64,000 nucleotides of DNA from an uncultured Acidobacteriota bacterium (GTDB taxonomy: Bacteria; Acidobacteriota; Thermoanaerobaculia; Multivoradales; UBA5704). Each line of letters starts with the position of its first letter. The first letter of the stretch is position 1. The notes below the pieces were generated by a model. The model was not told the DNA's origin. It was given only the letters and a program-made list of their open reading frames with translations, and searched no databases. The translations under genes and the position numbers were made by a program. Shown here one piece after another: positions 1-10,309 of this stretch. The stretch spans positions 4,640,001 through 4,704,000 of the forward strand of contig CAVYRF010000002.1 of assembly GCA_963770895.1 (NCBI GenBank), read 5' to 3'.

Positions 1-2366
1 GGCTGCGACAGGTATGGAAGAAGAACGAGAGCGAGACCATCCTTGTCCACTTCGGCCTGGCGCGCGAGTTCATGCTGCCCCTCGCTTCTTTCCGGTCCCT
101 CGACCCCGATCCGCTCCTGCCGCTTTTCGGGGCGCTCGCCGAGCTTGAAGCCGGCGAAGCCGGCCTCGTGCAAGTCCTCTTTGAGCGAGTCCGCGAGCGG
201 TGGGCCGAAAGCGTCATGCGCGCCGTCGTGACCGGGGGCGGCGAACCCTTCTTCGCCGACTATCCAGAACTCACGAAGGCTGCGCGGGAGAAAGTCTCCC
301 GGCCCCTGTACGCCGTCTGCCTGCGGATAGCAGCGAAGAGCAGCGATGCGACCGGCGCTTGGCGGATCGTGCGCGATCTTGCCGGAGCAGTGACCCATTT
401 CGGCGCTCCTGGCGGCAACGAGCTTCTCCCGCTCGCCTCCGAGGAGGGTGCCGACGCAACCGAGCAAATCTTCGAGAGGGTGAGCCGCCGGCCGGGCATG
501 ATCGTAGGAAGCGATGAGCTGGCGGCCCTCGCGCACCTCCCGAGCGCCTCAGTGCGGGTGCCGAAATTCCTCCGGGAGATACGGCGCTCGAAAGCGGCGC
601 CCGCTCTCTCCCAAGGCGCGGGGATTCTTCTTGGCGAGAACCTTCATCACGGCAAGACCCTTGCCGTGCGGCTGCCCAATGATCTCCGTCTCCGGCATCT
701 CCATGTGATCGGCGCCTCGGGCTCCGGCAAGTCCACTCTTCTCATCGATCTCATCATGCAGGACATCGAAGAGGGCCGGGGCGTCGGCGTCCTCGACCCT
801 CACGGCGATCTCGTGGATGAGATCGCAGGCCGCATCCAGAAGGCGCGACTTCAGGACGCCATCCTCTTCGACCCGGCGGACACTGCCTACCCGGTTGCCT
901 GGAACATCCTCGAAGCGCACAGCGAGCTTGAGCGCACCCTCTTGTCCTCGGATCTCGTCGGCATCTTCCGCCGCTTCTCGACCTCCTGGGGCGACCAGAT
1001 GACCAGCGTTCTCGGGAACGCGGTCCTCGTGCTCCTGGAGAATCCCGGCTCGACCCTGCTTGACCTGCGCGAGTTCCTCGTGGATCGGCAGACCCGCGAG
1101 CGCTTGCTTGCCGCGGTCGATGATCCATACCTCCTCTCGTACTTCCGACACGAGTTCGCTCTCGCGGCCGGGAAGAGCGTGGGTGCGATCCTCACCCGGC
1201 TTGATGGCTTCCTGCGCAGCAAGACCGTGCGGCAGATCGTGGGCGCCAGGGAGAGCCGACTCAACCTGCGCACCGTCGTAGATCAAGGGCAGATTTTCCT
1301 GGCCCGGCTCTCCGAGGGCGCGATCGGCGAAGAGAACGCTGGGCTCTTGGGCTCCCTCCTCGTCTCCAAGTTCCACCAGATCACGATGAGCCGGCAGGAG
1401 GTGAAGCGGGAGGAACGCCGTGCCTTCTTCCTCTACGCCGCCGAATGCCAGGAGTTCGCAACGGCTTCCATGGCGCTCCTCCTTTCGGGAGCGAGGAAGT
1501 ACGGCCTGGGGCTCGTCCTCGCCCACCAAGACCTGCGCCAACTCGAAGCGAAGGCCCCGGAGGTTGCCTCCGCTCTCCTCGGAAACGCCGGTACGCGCAT
1601 CGCCTTCCGCGTCGGCGACCGGGATGCGAAGGCGCTCTCTGAGGGCCTATCCTTCTTCGGACCCGGTGACCTCATGAGTCTCAGGGTAGGGGAAGCCATC
1701 GCCCGGATCGACAACGCTCAAGGCGACTGCAACCTGAAGACGCAGCTTTTGCCGGCGGTGGCACCCGAGACGGCCGCCGAGCGGCGCGAGGCAATCACCG
1801 CCCTCTCGCGGGAGCGTTATGCCGTGCGGCGTGAAGAGCGGCCAAGAGCGGCCGAGCCCGCGGCAGAGGTAGCACGGCCGGCAGCTCCACGAGCGGAGAG
1901 GACGCCACCGCCGATCCCGATCCCACCAGCACCCGCCCCGCCGCAGCCGGCACCGGCCCGCGAGCGAACTCCGCCCATCGCTCCGGCGCCCCTCGGTCGT
2001 GGCGGACCGGAGCACCAGTACCTCCAAGAACTCGTAAAGCGGTGGGGAGAGGCCAAGGGCTATCGGGCGACGGTGGAAGAGCCCCTGCCCTCCGGCGGCC
2101 GGGTGGATGTGGCCCTGCGGCGAGAGGGACATTCCCTGGCCTGCGAGATCTCGGTCTCGACAGGGGCGGAGCACGAAACCGGGAACGTGAAAAAGTGCCT
2201 CCATGCTGGATTTGACGAGGTGATCCTTCTCTCCCTCAGTCGAGGTACACTCGGGAAGGTGCGGGGTGCGGTATATGCGGGATTGCCGGAGCAGGACCGG
2301 AGCCGCCTCCACTTCATGAGCCCGGAGGAGTTCTTCACCTTCCTCGATGCGCCGGCGCCGGCGGCG
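1..2366 (+). pseudogene. VirD4/TraG/HerA-like P-loop ATPase with Pro-rich linker and C-terminal PD-(D/E)xK-like domain; 5' end outside window, 3' end truncated
   Basis: Frame is open from base 3. Walker A GASGSGKS, LDPHGD motif, EARKYGL-like 'GARKYGLGLVLAHQ', degenerate Walker B 'FFLYAAE', and C-terminal 'RVDVAL...ACEISVS'. Confidence 0.75.
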
Positions 2367-2652
2367 CGGCGCGAGGAGCTCGAAGCCGAGATCCCCCGGC
2401 TCCAAGGCGAGATCGACTTCCTCAAAATCCAGCATCTCTCCCAGGAAGAGGTCGTCACCGGAGCCCACGACCTCTACGAGCGCTGGGACGACCTATCCCA
2501 GGAAGACCGCCGCGGCGTCATCCAGGCCATCGTGGAGCGGGTGAGCGTTGGCAAAGACGAGATCGAGATCACCCTTGCCTGCCTTCCGAGGACCGCGGAA
2601 CACCCGCCGCCCCCGCCTCCTCTGAAGATTGCGAACACTTATGCATACAACC
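2367..2652 (+). pseudogene. C-terminal fragment of a large serine recombinase
   Basis: 'RREELEAEIPRLQGEIDFLKI...LYERWDDLSQEDRRGVIQAIVERVSVGKDEIEITL' matches the coiled-coil and terminal strand pattern of LSR tails. No catalytic N-terminal domain is present. Confidence 0.65.
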
Positions 2653-2747
2653 CTGGGGCCGCGTGCGCAGCGTTCGGCAGTTCCGGCGGCAAGCATGTCG
2701 GCGGCCCGCTGCGCATCAAGGCGCCGCATCTGGCGAGGATGGAAGTC

Positions 2748-4613
2748 ATGACCAACACCTGGCAGGCGCGATCGAGTGCGGCGCGGTGGGCCGCGTGGAC
2801 CCTTGGATGTGCGGCGATGGCCGCGGGTGTGCCGGGATGGGCGGCGACCGCCGGCACGCCCGGCGATTGGCAGCAGTTCGGCTACGACGCCCGGCACAGC
2901 GGCGTCAATCCGCTCGAAACGACTCTGCAGCAGAGCAACGTCGCGAGCCTGCACGTGCGCTACAAGGTGGCGCTGCCCGGCGTGGTCGACGACACGGTGG
3001 TCTTGCTCTCGGACGTGACGACGGCGAGCGGCATTCACGACGTGCTGTTTGCCACCACCCAGGGCGGGCAGCTGCTGGCGCTCGACGCCGACAGCGGCGC
3101 CGTGCTGTGGTCGCGGCAGCCGGCCAGCGGGCCGCGCTACACCACGTCGGCGCCGGCGATCGATCCCAACCGCAAGTTCGTCTATTCCTATGGCCTCGAA
3201 GGGAAGGTGCACAAATACAAGGTGGGCGACGGCACCGAGGTGACGACCGGGGGCTGGCCCGAGCTGGCGACGCTCAAGCCGCAGGTGGAGAAGTGCTCGC
3301 CGGCGCTCGCGGTGGCCGGCGCCGCCGACGGCCACACCTATCTGTACGTGGCCAACGGCGGCTATCCCGGCGACCAGGGGGACTACCAGGGACACGTCAC
3401 GGCGATCGACCTGGCCAGCGGCGCGCAGAACGTATGGAACGCCGACTGCAGCAACCAGGCGGTGCACTTCACGACCGGCAGCCCCGATTGCCCGCAGGTG
3501 CAGTCGGCGGTATGGGCACGCGGCGGCGTGGTGTACGACTCCGACTTCGATCGCATTTTCTTCGCCACCGGCAACGGCCAGTTCGACGCGTCGCAGGGCG
3601 GCCGCGATTGGGGCGACACGGTGGTGGAGCTGCGGCCCGACGGGACCGGCGGCAGCGGCGGCCTGCCCACCGACAGCTACACTCCGGTCGATTTCGCCGA
3701 GCTCGACGACCAGGACCTCGATCTCGGCAGCACGGCCCCGGCGCTCCTGCCGGTCGTGGCCGGCAGCCGCTTTCCCCACCTGGGCGTGCAGAGCGGCAAG
3801 GACGGCATGCTGCGCCTGATCAACCTGGACAATCTCTCCGGCCACGGTGCGCCGGGCAACGTCGGCGGCGAGCTGCAGCTGATCCCCGTGCCGCAGGGCG
3901 GCCAGGTGCTGACGGCGCCCGCCGTCTGGACCGATCCCAGCACGGGCAGCGTCTGGCTGTTCCTCGCCAACAATTACGGCATCGCCGGCCTGCAGCTGGT
4001 GGTGGGCGCTGGCGGCATGCCGTCCCTGGCCCTGCAGTGGATGAACAGCGCCGGCGGGACCTCGCCGGTGGTTGCCGACGGCATCGTCTTCTACGTCGGC
4101 ACGGCCGGTCTGCAGGCGCTCACGCCGCGCCATGGCGCCGTGCTGTGGCAGGACCCTTCGCCCGGCTCCATCCACTGGCAGAGCCCGATCGTGGTCAACG
4201 GCCGGGTGTACGTCGCCGACGGCGATGGCAATCTCTGGGCGTACGAGCCGACGGTGCGGGCGACCTGCACCGCCGGCGCCACCACGCTCTGTCTGGCCGG
4301 CTCGCGCTTCCAGGTGCGCGCCAGCTGGCAGACCAGCGCCGGCGCCAGCGGTGCCGGGCAGGCCGTGGCGCTCACCGCCGACACCGGCACCTTCTGGTTC
4401 TTCGCCGCGAGCAACGTCGAGGTCATCGCCAAGGTGCTCAACGGTTGCGGCCTCAACAGCCAGTACTGGTTCTTTGCCGGCGGCCTGACCGACGTGTCGG
4501 TGGCGCTGACCGTCACCGACACCACCGACGGCCAGAGCCGCACCTACCTCAACCCCCAGGGAGCGCCGTTTCAGCCGATCCAGGACACCAGCGCCTTTGC
4601 GACCTGCCCCTGA
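2748..4613 (+). CDS. Secreted PQQ-like beta-propeller protein with lineage-type C-terminal domain
   Basis: GAGG RBS before ATG 2748, signal peptide, 'DWQQFGYDARHSG' start, 'DLDLGS' and 'LLALDADSGAVLW' PQQ repeats. This is the distal part of the 72..4613 ORF. Confidence 0.85.
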   Translation: MTNTWQARSSAARWAAWTLGCAAMAAGVPGWAATAGTPGDWQQFGYDARHSGVNPLETTLQQSNVASLHVRYKVALPGVVDDTVVLLSDVTTASGIHDVLFATTQGGQLLALDADSGAVLWSRQPASGPRYTTSAPAIDPNRKFVYSYGLEGKVHKYKVGDGTEVTTGGWPELATLKPQVEKCSPALAVAGAADGHTYLYVANGGYPGDQGDYQGHVTAIDLASGAQNVWNADCSNQAVHFTTGSPDCPQVQSAVWARGGVVYDSDFDRIFFATGNGQFDASQGGRDWGDTVVELRPDGTGGSGGLPTDSYTPVDFAELDDQDLDLGSTAPALLPVVAGSRFPHLGVQSGKDGMLRLINLDNLSGHGAPGNVGGELQLIPVPQGGQVLTAPAVWTDPSTGSVWLFLANNYGIAGLQLVVGAGGMPSLALQWMNSAGGTSPVVADGIVFYVGTAGLQALTPRHGAVLWQDPSPGSIHWQSPIVVNGRVYVADGDGNLWAYEPTVRATCTAGATTLCLAGSRFQVRASWQTSAGASGAGQAVALTADTGTFWFFAASNVEVIAKVLNGCGLNSQYWFFAGGLTDVSVALTVTDTTDGQSRTYLNPQGAPFQPIQDTSAFATCP

Positions 4614-4627
4614 CGACCTGCCCCGGA

Positions 4628-6925
4628 CTAGCGGTTGCTTTCTGGGCCGGTGGGGGCGGCGGGTAGCTCGGTTGCGGGATCGCAGGTGTCGGCCTTGGGC
4701 AGCCAGCGCAGGCGTTGGGCGGCGCGGCCCAGGTCGGTGGCGCTGCAGCAGGCGACCAGCGAGCGGTAGAAGGGCTGCGCCGCGGCGGGGTCGCGCAGCG
4801 CCAGCCACTGGCCGGCGGTGACCAGCATGCCGGCCCGCTGGGCGGCGCCGGCGGGCAGCAGGTCGGCGGCGGCGCGCGCCAGGTCGGCCGCGCGATAGCG
4901 GTAGTGGAAGCGCTTGAAGGGGGTCACCCGGTTGGTTTGGGCGCGGGCGATCTCCGCGGCGGTCGCCGGCAGGTGGGGGTTCTGTTGCCGCCGGTCCCGC
5001 TCCGCCACCAGGTCGTCCAGCGTCTCCTCGCCGGCAAAGATGTGCCAGTCGGGATCGATCTCGGTGCCCTGCAAATCAAGGCCTTGGTAGCGCGTACGGC
5101 ACGCCGCTTCGAACAGCGCGGCGGCGCGATCGCCGGCCGGCCGCGCCGCGTCGCCGCCCGCCGCGAGCGCCGCGGCCAGCCGGGCAAGCGCCGGATGCAG
5201 CGCCGGCGGCAGATATTGGGCGGCGAGCGCCAGCTGCATGCCATGCCCTTCGCGCACCAGCCGGCGGCCCAGCAGGTAGCGGATCTCGACCGCCAGGCGC
5301 GACGCCGGCGGCGGCTCCTGCGCGTCCTGCAGCGACCAGGTCGCGAGCCCTCCGGGCGCCTGAGCATCCGGCGCCACGCCCTCAGCCAGCCGGGCAGGCC
5401 AGGCCCGGTCCACGTACGCCCGCAGCTCCTGGAGGCTCAACACCCGCTCGGCCAGGTAGGCCGTGTCCAGCCAATACCCGGCGCGCAGGAAGTGGTCCAG
5501 CGCCGTTGCCATGTCGCCGCGCGACAGCGCCGCCGCGCCCGCTTCGCCCAGCGCCCGCGCCGAAGTCGCCAGGTAGGGGTCGCCGATCCAGGCCTCCACC
5601 TCGTGCGCCGGCACCTCTCCTTCGTTCTTGACGATGGCCTGGTCCGCCGGCAGCGTCCCGATCGCCGCCAGCAGCGTTTCGGCTTCCGCCAGCTTGCCCT
5701 GGCGCAGCAGCAGCCGCGCTCGCACCCACCGGCTGACCGGACTGTCCGCCGCCCGGCCGGCCCAGCTGGCCGCCAGCGCAAAATCCCCCGCCCGGTACGC
5801 CGCCCAGGCCAGCCGGTCCGCCCCCTTGGCGTCCGTCACCCCCGCCGCGCGCACCGCCGCCATCCAAACCACCGCCCTGGGAGGCGACGGCGCCCCATCC
5901 AGCGGCGCATACGAATCGATCTCCTGCGCCAGCACGAACGACGTCACCGCGGCCCGCGCCTGGCCATCGCGCGCCACCGCCGCCAGCGCCTCGCCCCCCG
6001 CCGCCAGTGCCGCCCGGCAGGCCAGCCGCAGCGACACCACGGCCGTCGGGTCACCCGTACGCTGCTGCGCCGCATACAGGTCCAGCGCCTGGGCAAAGCG
6101 CTTGCGGCGCAGCTCGGCGCGCGCCTCCCACCCCAGACTGGCCGCCGCCAGACCCAGCCGATCGCTGAACCCCTGCGCCGCCAGCTCGCGCGTCCGTTGG
6201 AAGAATCCCACCGCCGCGTCTGGGTCCGCCGCCGCCCCGCCCTGCCCGCCGCGCAGCGCCACCTTGCCCAACATGAATGCCGCCCAGGTGGACCGGTGCC
6301 GCCGCTGCGCCGCCGGCAGCGCCAGCACCCCCTGCCAGGCCCGCCGCGCCCGCGCGTCGTCGCCACCCCGATACGCCAGCGCCCCCTCCAGGTACCCCGC
6401 AAACTCCGCCGGCAGCCCCGCCGGCACCTGCGGCAGGGGCGGCAGCGGTGCCAGAGGCGGCGCCTCCGCGGTGCCCGAACCAGGCGCTGGGGTCGAAGAG
6501 GGTGCGCCTCCGTCCGCCGAACCCTCCACCGCCGCCGGTGCCGCGGCGGCTGCCAGGTCGCGGCGCAGCAGCTCGTCGCGCACCTGTCCGTAGGTCGCGG
6601 CAAGCGCCCGCTGCCGCTCCGGCGGCATGCCCGCCTCGCGCAGCGCCTCCGCCACCTCCTGCCGATCGATCGCCGCCGTCCGGCTGTGGGGATCGTCGGC
6701 AGCGCCGTTGGCTTGCAGGACCGCATGCGGCCCCACGCTGGCCGGCGGATACAGGAACCGCACCTCATCGTCGAACGCCGCCGTCGGCCCCTGCAGCACC
6801 AGCTTGTCGTCGCCCAGCAGCCAATTGGGAAAGAACGGCCCGCAAGCCCGCGCCGCCATCCCGCTCGCCAGGGCCACTGCTAACCCCAACGCAACCCTCC
6901 CACGTCCACGTCGCGATGCCCTCAC
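4628..6925 (-). CDS. Exported helical (TPR-like) hypothetical protein, 'ACGPFFP' family; probable DUF3142 partner
   Basis: Long ORF. GGAGG before GTG 6925, signal peptide ending AARA|CGPFFP, Ala-rich helical repeats, C-terminal 'RFHYRY'. Confidence 0.7.
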   Translation of the reverse strand: MRASRRGRGRVALGLAVALASGMAARACGPFFPNWLLGDDKLVLQGPTAAFDDEVRFLYPPASVGPHAVLQANGAADDPHSRTAAIDRQEVAEALREAGMPPERQRALAATYGQVRDELLRRDLAAAAAPAAVEGSADGGAPSSTPAPGSGTAEAPPLAPLPPLPQVPAGLPAEFAGYLEGALAYRGGDDARARRAWQGVLALPAAQRRHRSTWAAFMLGKVALRGGQGGAAADPDAAVGFFQRTRELAAQGFSDRLGLAAASLGWEARAELRRKRFAQALDLYAAQQRTGDPTAVVSLRLACRAALAAGGEALAAVARDGQARAAVTSFVLAQEIDSYAPLDGAPSPPRAVVWMAAVRAAGVTDAKGADRLAWAAYRAGDFALAASWAGRAADSPVSRWVRARLLLRQGKLAEAETLLAAIGTLPADQAIVKNEGEVPAHEVEAWIGDPYLATSARALGEAGAAALSRGDMATALDHFLRAGYWLDTAYLAERVLSLQELRAYVDRAWPARLAEGVAPDAQAPGGLATWSLQDAQEPPPASRLAVEIRYLLGRRLVREGHGMQLALAAQYLPPALHPALARLAAALAAGGDAARPAGDRAAALFEAACRTRYQGLDLQGTEIDPDWHIFAGEETLDDLVAERDRRQQNPHLPATAAEIARAQTNRVTPFKRFHYRYRAADLARAAADLLPAGAAQRAGMLVTAGQWLALRDPAAAQPFYRSLVACCSATDLGRAAQRLRWLPKADTCDPATELPAAPTGPESNR

Positions 6926-7138
6926 ACCGCACCTCCCGTTGCGATCCCTGTTCCGAACGCTGCCTTGCCGGGCGCCTTCGCCGGCATCAGCCCGCTGCTG
7001 CTCTCCCAGCCATAGCCATCTGACCAAGCGCGCTTTCACTCTACGCGGTGGAATGGGTGAGGAGCAACGAAGTCAGTCGTCAAGGGAGCGTTGTGCGCGG
7101 GTGGCGGCAGAGTCGCTGGTTTCGTACCCTTTCTTGAG

Positions 7139-10100
7139 CTACACGATCGCCGCCAGCCGCTTTAGGGCACGTGCCTCACCGGAACGTCTACGAGGCCCTT
7201 CGTCATCGAGGATTTCTTGACAGTGCTGGGCAAGCACTGTGTCGTCGATGGCCTGTTTGTACCAGGCGACAATCACCACGGCTGACCTCTCGTGGCGGGC
7301 ATGAGGCTTCGCTAGGTCAGTGATCAAATCATCGAGTAGTTCCGGTGGCACGGTGGCGCACTGCCCATCATCTCGGCGAGGCGCAAGGCGTTGCGCAGAT
7401 AGAGCCCAGGCTGCAATGCGGCAGATTTCGCCGTGGTTGGCGCCCTGCCAAAGCGCAAAGAGGCGGCCAAGGATGTCCGGGTCAGGAGGCGGCACCCAGA
7501 CCTGATATTCGCCAAGCCAGGCGAGTGCCCAGCAGGCCGCGTACTGTTCTCTTGGCTCGGCAGAAAATACCATCGGGATCAGTAGGTCGGCGCTCTCTCG
7601 CAGAGCCTTGGCATTTCCTTTGGCGGTAACCCGGGAGGATTCCGGAAAGACTCTTGGCTCGGTATAGAGAGTGCCGCCATAGGAGGTTTCATAACACCAT
7701 GTCATCAGGACGAGAGCGCCTTCGCATCGATCGATCATGTCTCGACTCTGTAAGTGCTCTGTGCACCATCGCAGTACAGCTTGGTGGCTGCCTGCCGTCT
7801 GCCAAATGGCAACTTCAGTCAAAACATTGATAGTTGCTGTGAGGTCTGAGCCGATTGATAGGAACTCTCGCCTTGTCTCGTTTCGGAAATCATTTCCATA
7901 TCGGCCAATCGACAAATTTCGTGAAAAGTCTGCCCTTTTAAAATCGCGCCCCAGTCGTATTATCTGTCTGAGGGCGCCCCGGATTGTCTCTGGGCGGGCG
8001 GCTGCCTCATCAGCGAGACAGTGCCCAAGGTTTTGGAAAAGCGGCCGATGCTCTGATTTGTGAGGATCGACCAACGATGCTTCGGCGGTCAAGCTCTGAA
8101 TCAAGTCCTCAGTTTCCTTGCCGGCGAGAACGGCGGCGAGCGCAATGACTTCCCGCCATTCACTTTGAGCGAAATGAGGCCGCAGGACGTCCACGAGCCG
8201 GTCTTGGTCCTGACGCCCGGGGTGCCAGCCTTCCACCATCCCGCGTGCGGTCAGGAACTCCTGGAAGGTGAGATGGCGAAACTCGAAGAATTCCACGAGC
8301 CTTCCATCTTCGACGTCGAGCCCGCTCATCATCAGGAGGCTGCTGCGATCTTCGACGCGGTGGATGAACTGGTCCACCGTGTCCCGCACGTAGCCCAGCT
8401 CCGTCGGGAGAGCCTCGCGAGCCTCTTTGAGCAGGGCTGCCAGGCGCGGGCGACTGATTTTTTGGACGCCGCCCAGCATCATTGCTGAAGCGATGTAGCA
8501 GAGCTGCGGCAGTGCTTCTTCCTCGGGGATGGGTTCGTGGCCTTCGGTGTTCCAGGTCATCAGCAGGACCTCGACCGCCTTGCCGTAGAGCACCGCGCGC
8601 CGGGTGGGCAGGGAGCCGACCCAGCGCTTGACCAGCAGCAGGGTGGTAAGGAGCAGCGGGTTGATCGCGAGGCTTTCGATCCGCTCGTTGTTGACGATGA
8701 CCGCTGCCAACTCCTCCGCGTCGGCGCGAACCTTCTCGGTGTCTCCGGCCACCTCACGGTACCAGGCAGTGGTGAGGCGGTGGATGTCTTCGGCGTCGAA
8801 GGGCGAAAGCGTTGCGCGCGTGCAGACCGACGCTAGATGGGCCGCCACGTGGCGAAACCCGGCTTCGCGGGAGGTGACGACGAGGGATATTCCAGGGTAG
8901 GCCTGGAGCGTGGTGCGCAGGGTGCAGACGAAGGCGGCACGGTCTCCTGGGTCGGAAATCTCGTCGAGACCATCCACCAGCAGCAGCACGTGGCCGGCCA
9001 GCAAAGCCCGATCGACATGGGCGCGAAACAAAGCTGCGTACTGCCGAACCGGTTCGCGTTGCGACAGGGCTAGCAGAAGAGCGGCGAACGAACCGCGAGC
9101 CAGGTCGCGGAGCTCGCGGCAGCGAAAAAAGAGCGGCAGCCAATTCCGTTCCGGCAGATTGTCGGCAGCCAATTGGCGCCGCTCTGGATCGGCGTAGGCC
9201 ATGGCAAGGCGCTTGATCAGAGTCGATTTGCCACCGCCGGGCGCTGCCAGCAGCGCAATATGCTGAAGGTGGGTCAGGGCTATGCCAACGGGCATAGGCT
9301 CCGGTCCCGGCCCGCTGGCCTGGTCGGTGTTGGAGAGCTCCAGGCGCAAGGGAACAAACAGGTTTTCCAGCCGCAGGCGCCGCGATCCCACCTCGCCATC
9401 GGCAGGTAGTCCATCCAGTTGGATAAAACCGCATTCGTTTTCCAGGTAGCGACGATAGCTGGCGAGCGCGTCAGGAAGGCCTGGATCTTTGTCGATTCCA
9501 GGCGCAATGCCCGCATTCAGGCAGGTCAAGGTATGAAGGCTTCCTCCGCACCGGTGATCGGCTGCGATAACCCCGTCTGCCACCGGCCTGGCCAGTGGTG
9601 TGCCGTCGGCATGGATCAGCACCAGATGGGTGCGCGATTTGCCCTGGAGGTAGTACACCGCCCAGATCCAGCCGCGTTCGTGGGCGAGCAGGTGCCCGGT
9701 GGGGTCGAGCTGTAATTGCGGGACCGCCGCGCGGGCCTGGCCCGCTACGTCCGTTGCCCGGTCCCGCGAGATCAAAATGCGGCCTTCGATCAACTCGCGG
9801 ACGACATCGCTGCCCGATAGCAGAATCACTTTCTGGCCACGGCGATGCTTTTCCTGCTCCCTCGCAGGTTCGGTGAACCCGGCGAGCGAGATGAAGTAGC
9901 CGGTCAAGCGCTGTTTCTTGCTGCGTTCGGCGCTCAGAGCGCCGACGAACTTGTTCAGGTCGTCGCCGCCAATGGGACTGGCGGTTGCCTTGCACTCGGC
10001 GATCGCGCGCCGGGGTTCGAGCCGGTGGTCGGCCGACAGGTCCAGCTCGCGGCCGGGCTTGTGGATGTTGAGCTGTGCCTGCTCATAGCCCAGGGCGATG

Positions 10101-10204
10101 AAGAGATCGACCATGAGCCGCCCGAACAGGTCGCCGCGCCGGTTGTTTTCTTCCTCAAGGATGAGGATGGGCGGATCGGCCTTTTCGGCTTTCTTGGAGC
10201 GCAT
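7139..10204 (-). CDS. Mrr-like restriction endonuclease + NACHT NTPase + helical repeat protein (putative anti-phage defence)
   Basis: N-terminal 'ELDLSA...AECKA', Walker A AAPGGGKST, Walker B LLLVDGLDE, 'NPLLLT' and 'FRHLTFQEFL' NACHT motifs. GGAGG RBS; visibly lower GC. Confidence 0.88.
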   Translation of the reverse strand: MRSKKAEKADPPILILEEENNRRGDLFGRLMVDLFIALGYEQAQLNIHKPGRELDLSADHRLEPRRAIAECKATASPIGGDDLNKFVGALSAERSKKQRLTGYFISLAGFTEPAREQEKHRRGQKVILLSGSDVVRELIEGRILISRDRATDVAGQARAAVPQLQLDPTGHLLAHERGWIWAVYYLQGKSRTHLVLIHADGTPLARPVADGVIAADHRCGGSLHTLTCLNAGIAPGIDKDPGLPDALASYRRYLENECGFIQLDGLPADGEVGSRRLRLENLFVPLRLELSNTDQASGPGPEPMPVGIALTHLQHIALLAAPGGGKSTLIKRLAMAYADPERRQLAADNLPERNWLPLFFRCRELRDLARGSFAALLLALSQREPVRQYAALFRAHVDRALLAGHVLLLVDGLDEISDPGDRAAFVCTLRTTLQAYPGISLVVTSREAGFRHVAAHLASVCTRATLSPFDAEDIHRLTTAWYREVAGDTEKVRADAEELAAVIVNNERIESLAINPLLLTTLLLVKRWVGSLPTRRAVLYGKAVEVLLMTWNTEGHEPIPEEEALPQLCYIASAMMLGGVQKISRPRLAALLKEAREALPTELGYVRDTVDQFIHRVEDRSSLLMMSGLDVEDGRLVEFFEFRHLTFQEFLTARGMVEGWHPGRQDQDRLVDVLRPHFAQSEWREVIALAAVLAGKETEDLIQSLTAEASLVDPHKSEHRPLFQNLGHCLADEAAARPETIRGALRQIIRLGRDFKRADFSRNLSIGRYGNDFRNETRREFLSIGSDLTATINVLTEVAIWQTAGSHQAVLRWCTEHLQSRDMIDRCEGALVLMTWCYETSYGGTLYTEPRVFPESSRVTAKGNAKALRESADLLIPMVFSAEPREQYAACWALAWLGEYQVWVPPPDPDILGRLFALWQGANHGEICRIAAWALSAQRLAPRRDDGQCATVPPELLDDLITDLAKPHARHERSAVVIVAWYKQAIDDTVLAQHCQEILDDEGPRRRSGEARALKRLAAIV

Positions 10205-10261
10205 GAAGATACCTCCCAAGACCTATTGGCTGCGCAGCTCTTCCTTCGGGCGTAAGTGCGA

Positions 10262-10270
10262 ATTGTAGCA
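10262..10270 (-). promoter_or_regulatory. Candidate extended -10 promoter for the NACHT gene
   Basis: Minus strand TGcTACAAT about 60 nt upstream of the ATG, in an AT-rich patch. Confidence 0.45.
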
Positions 10271-10309
10271 GGGCTCTAATTCTTGATGGCAAAGCGGTCC
10301 GCGTGCCGA

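Larger units (their letters stand above)
1..2655 (+). mobile_element. Right-hand remnant of an integrative element (coupling-protein ATPase plus serine recombinase tail); extends left of the window
   Basis: VirD4-like ATPase joined to a large-serine-recombinase C-terminus. Codon usage (CTC/CTT-rich) differs from the downstream host gene. The right boundary near 2640-2660 is approximate. Confidence 0.6.

Noticed and set aside
2600-2740. tRNA or defined att core at the element boundary
   Set aside because: No cloverleaf is visible, and the partner att site would lie outside the window, so it cannot be verified.
72-4613. A single genuine 1513-aa protein
   Set aside because: It has an internal RBS and signal peptide at 2748 and joins incompatible cytoplasmic and secreted domains; read as a chimera.
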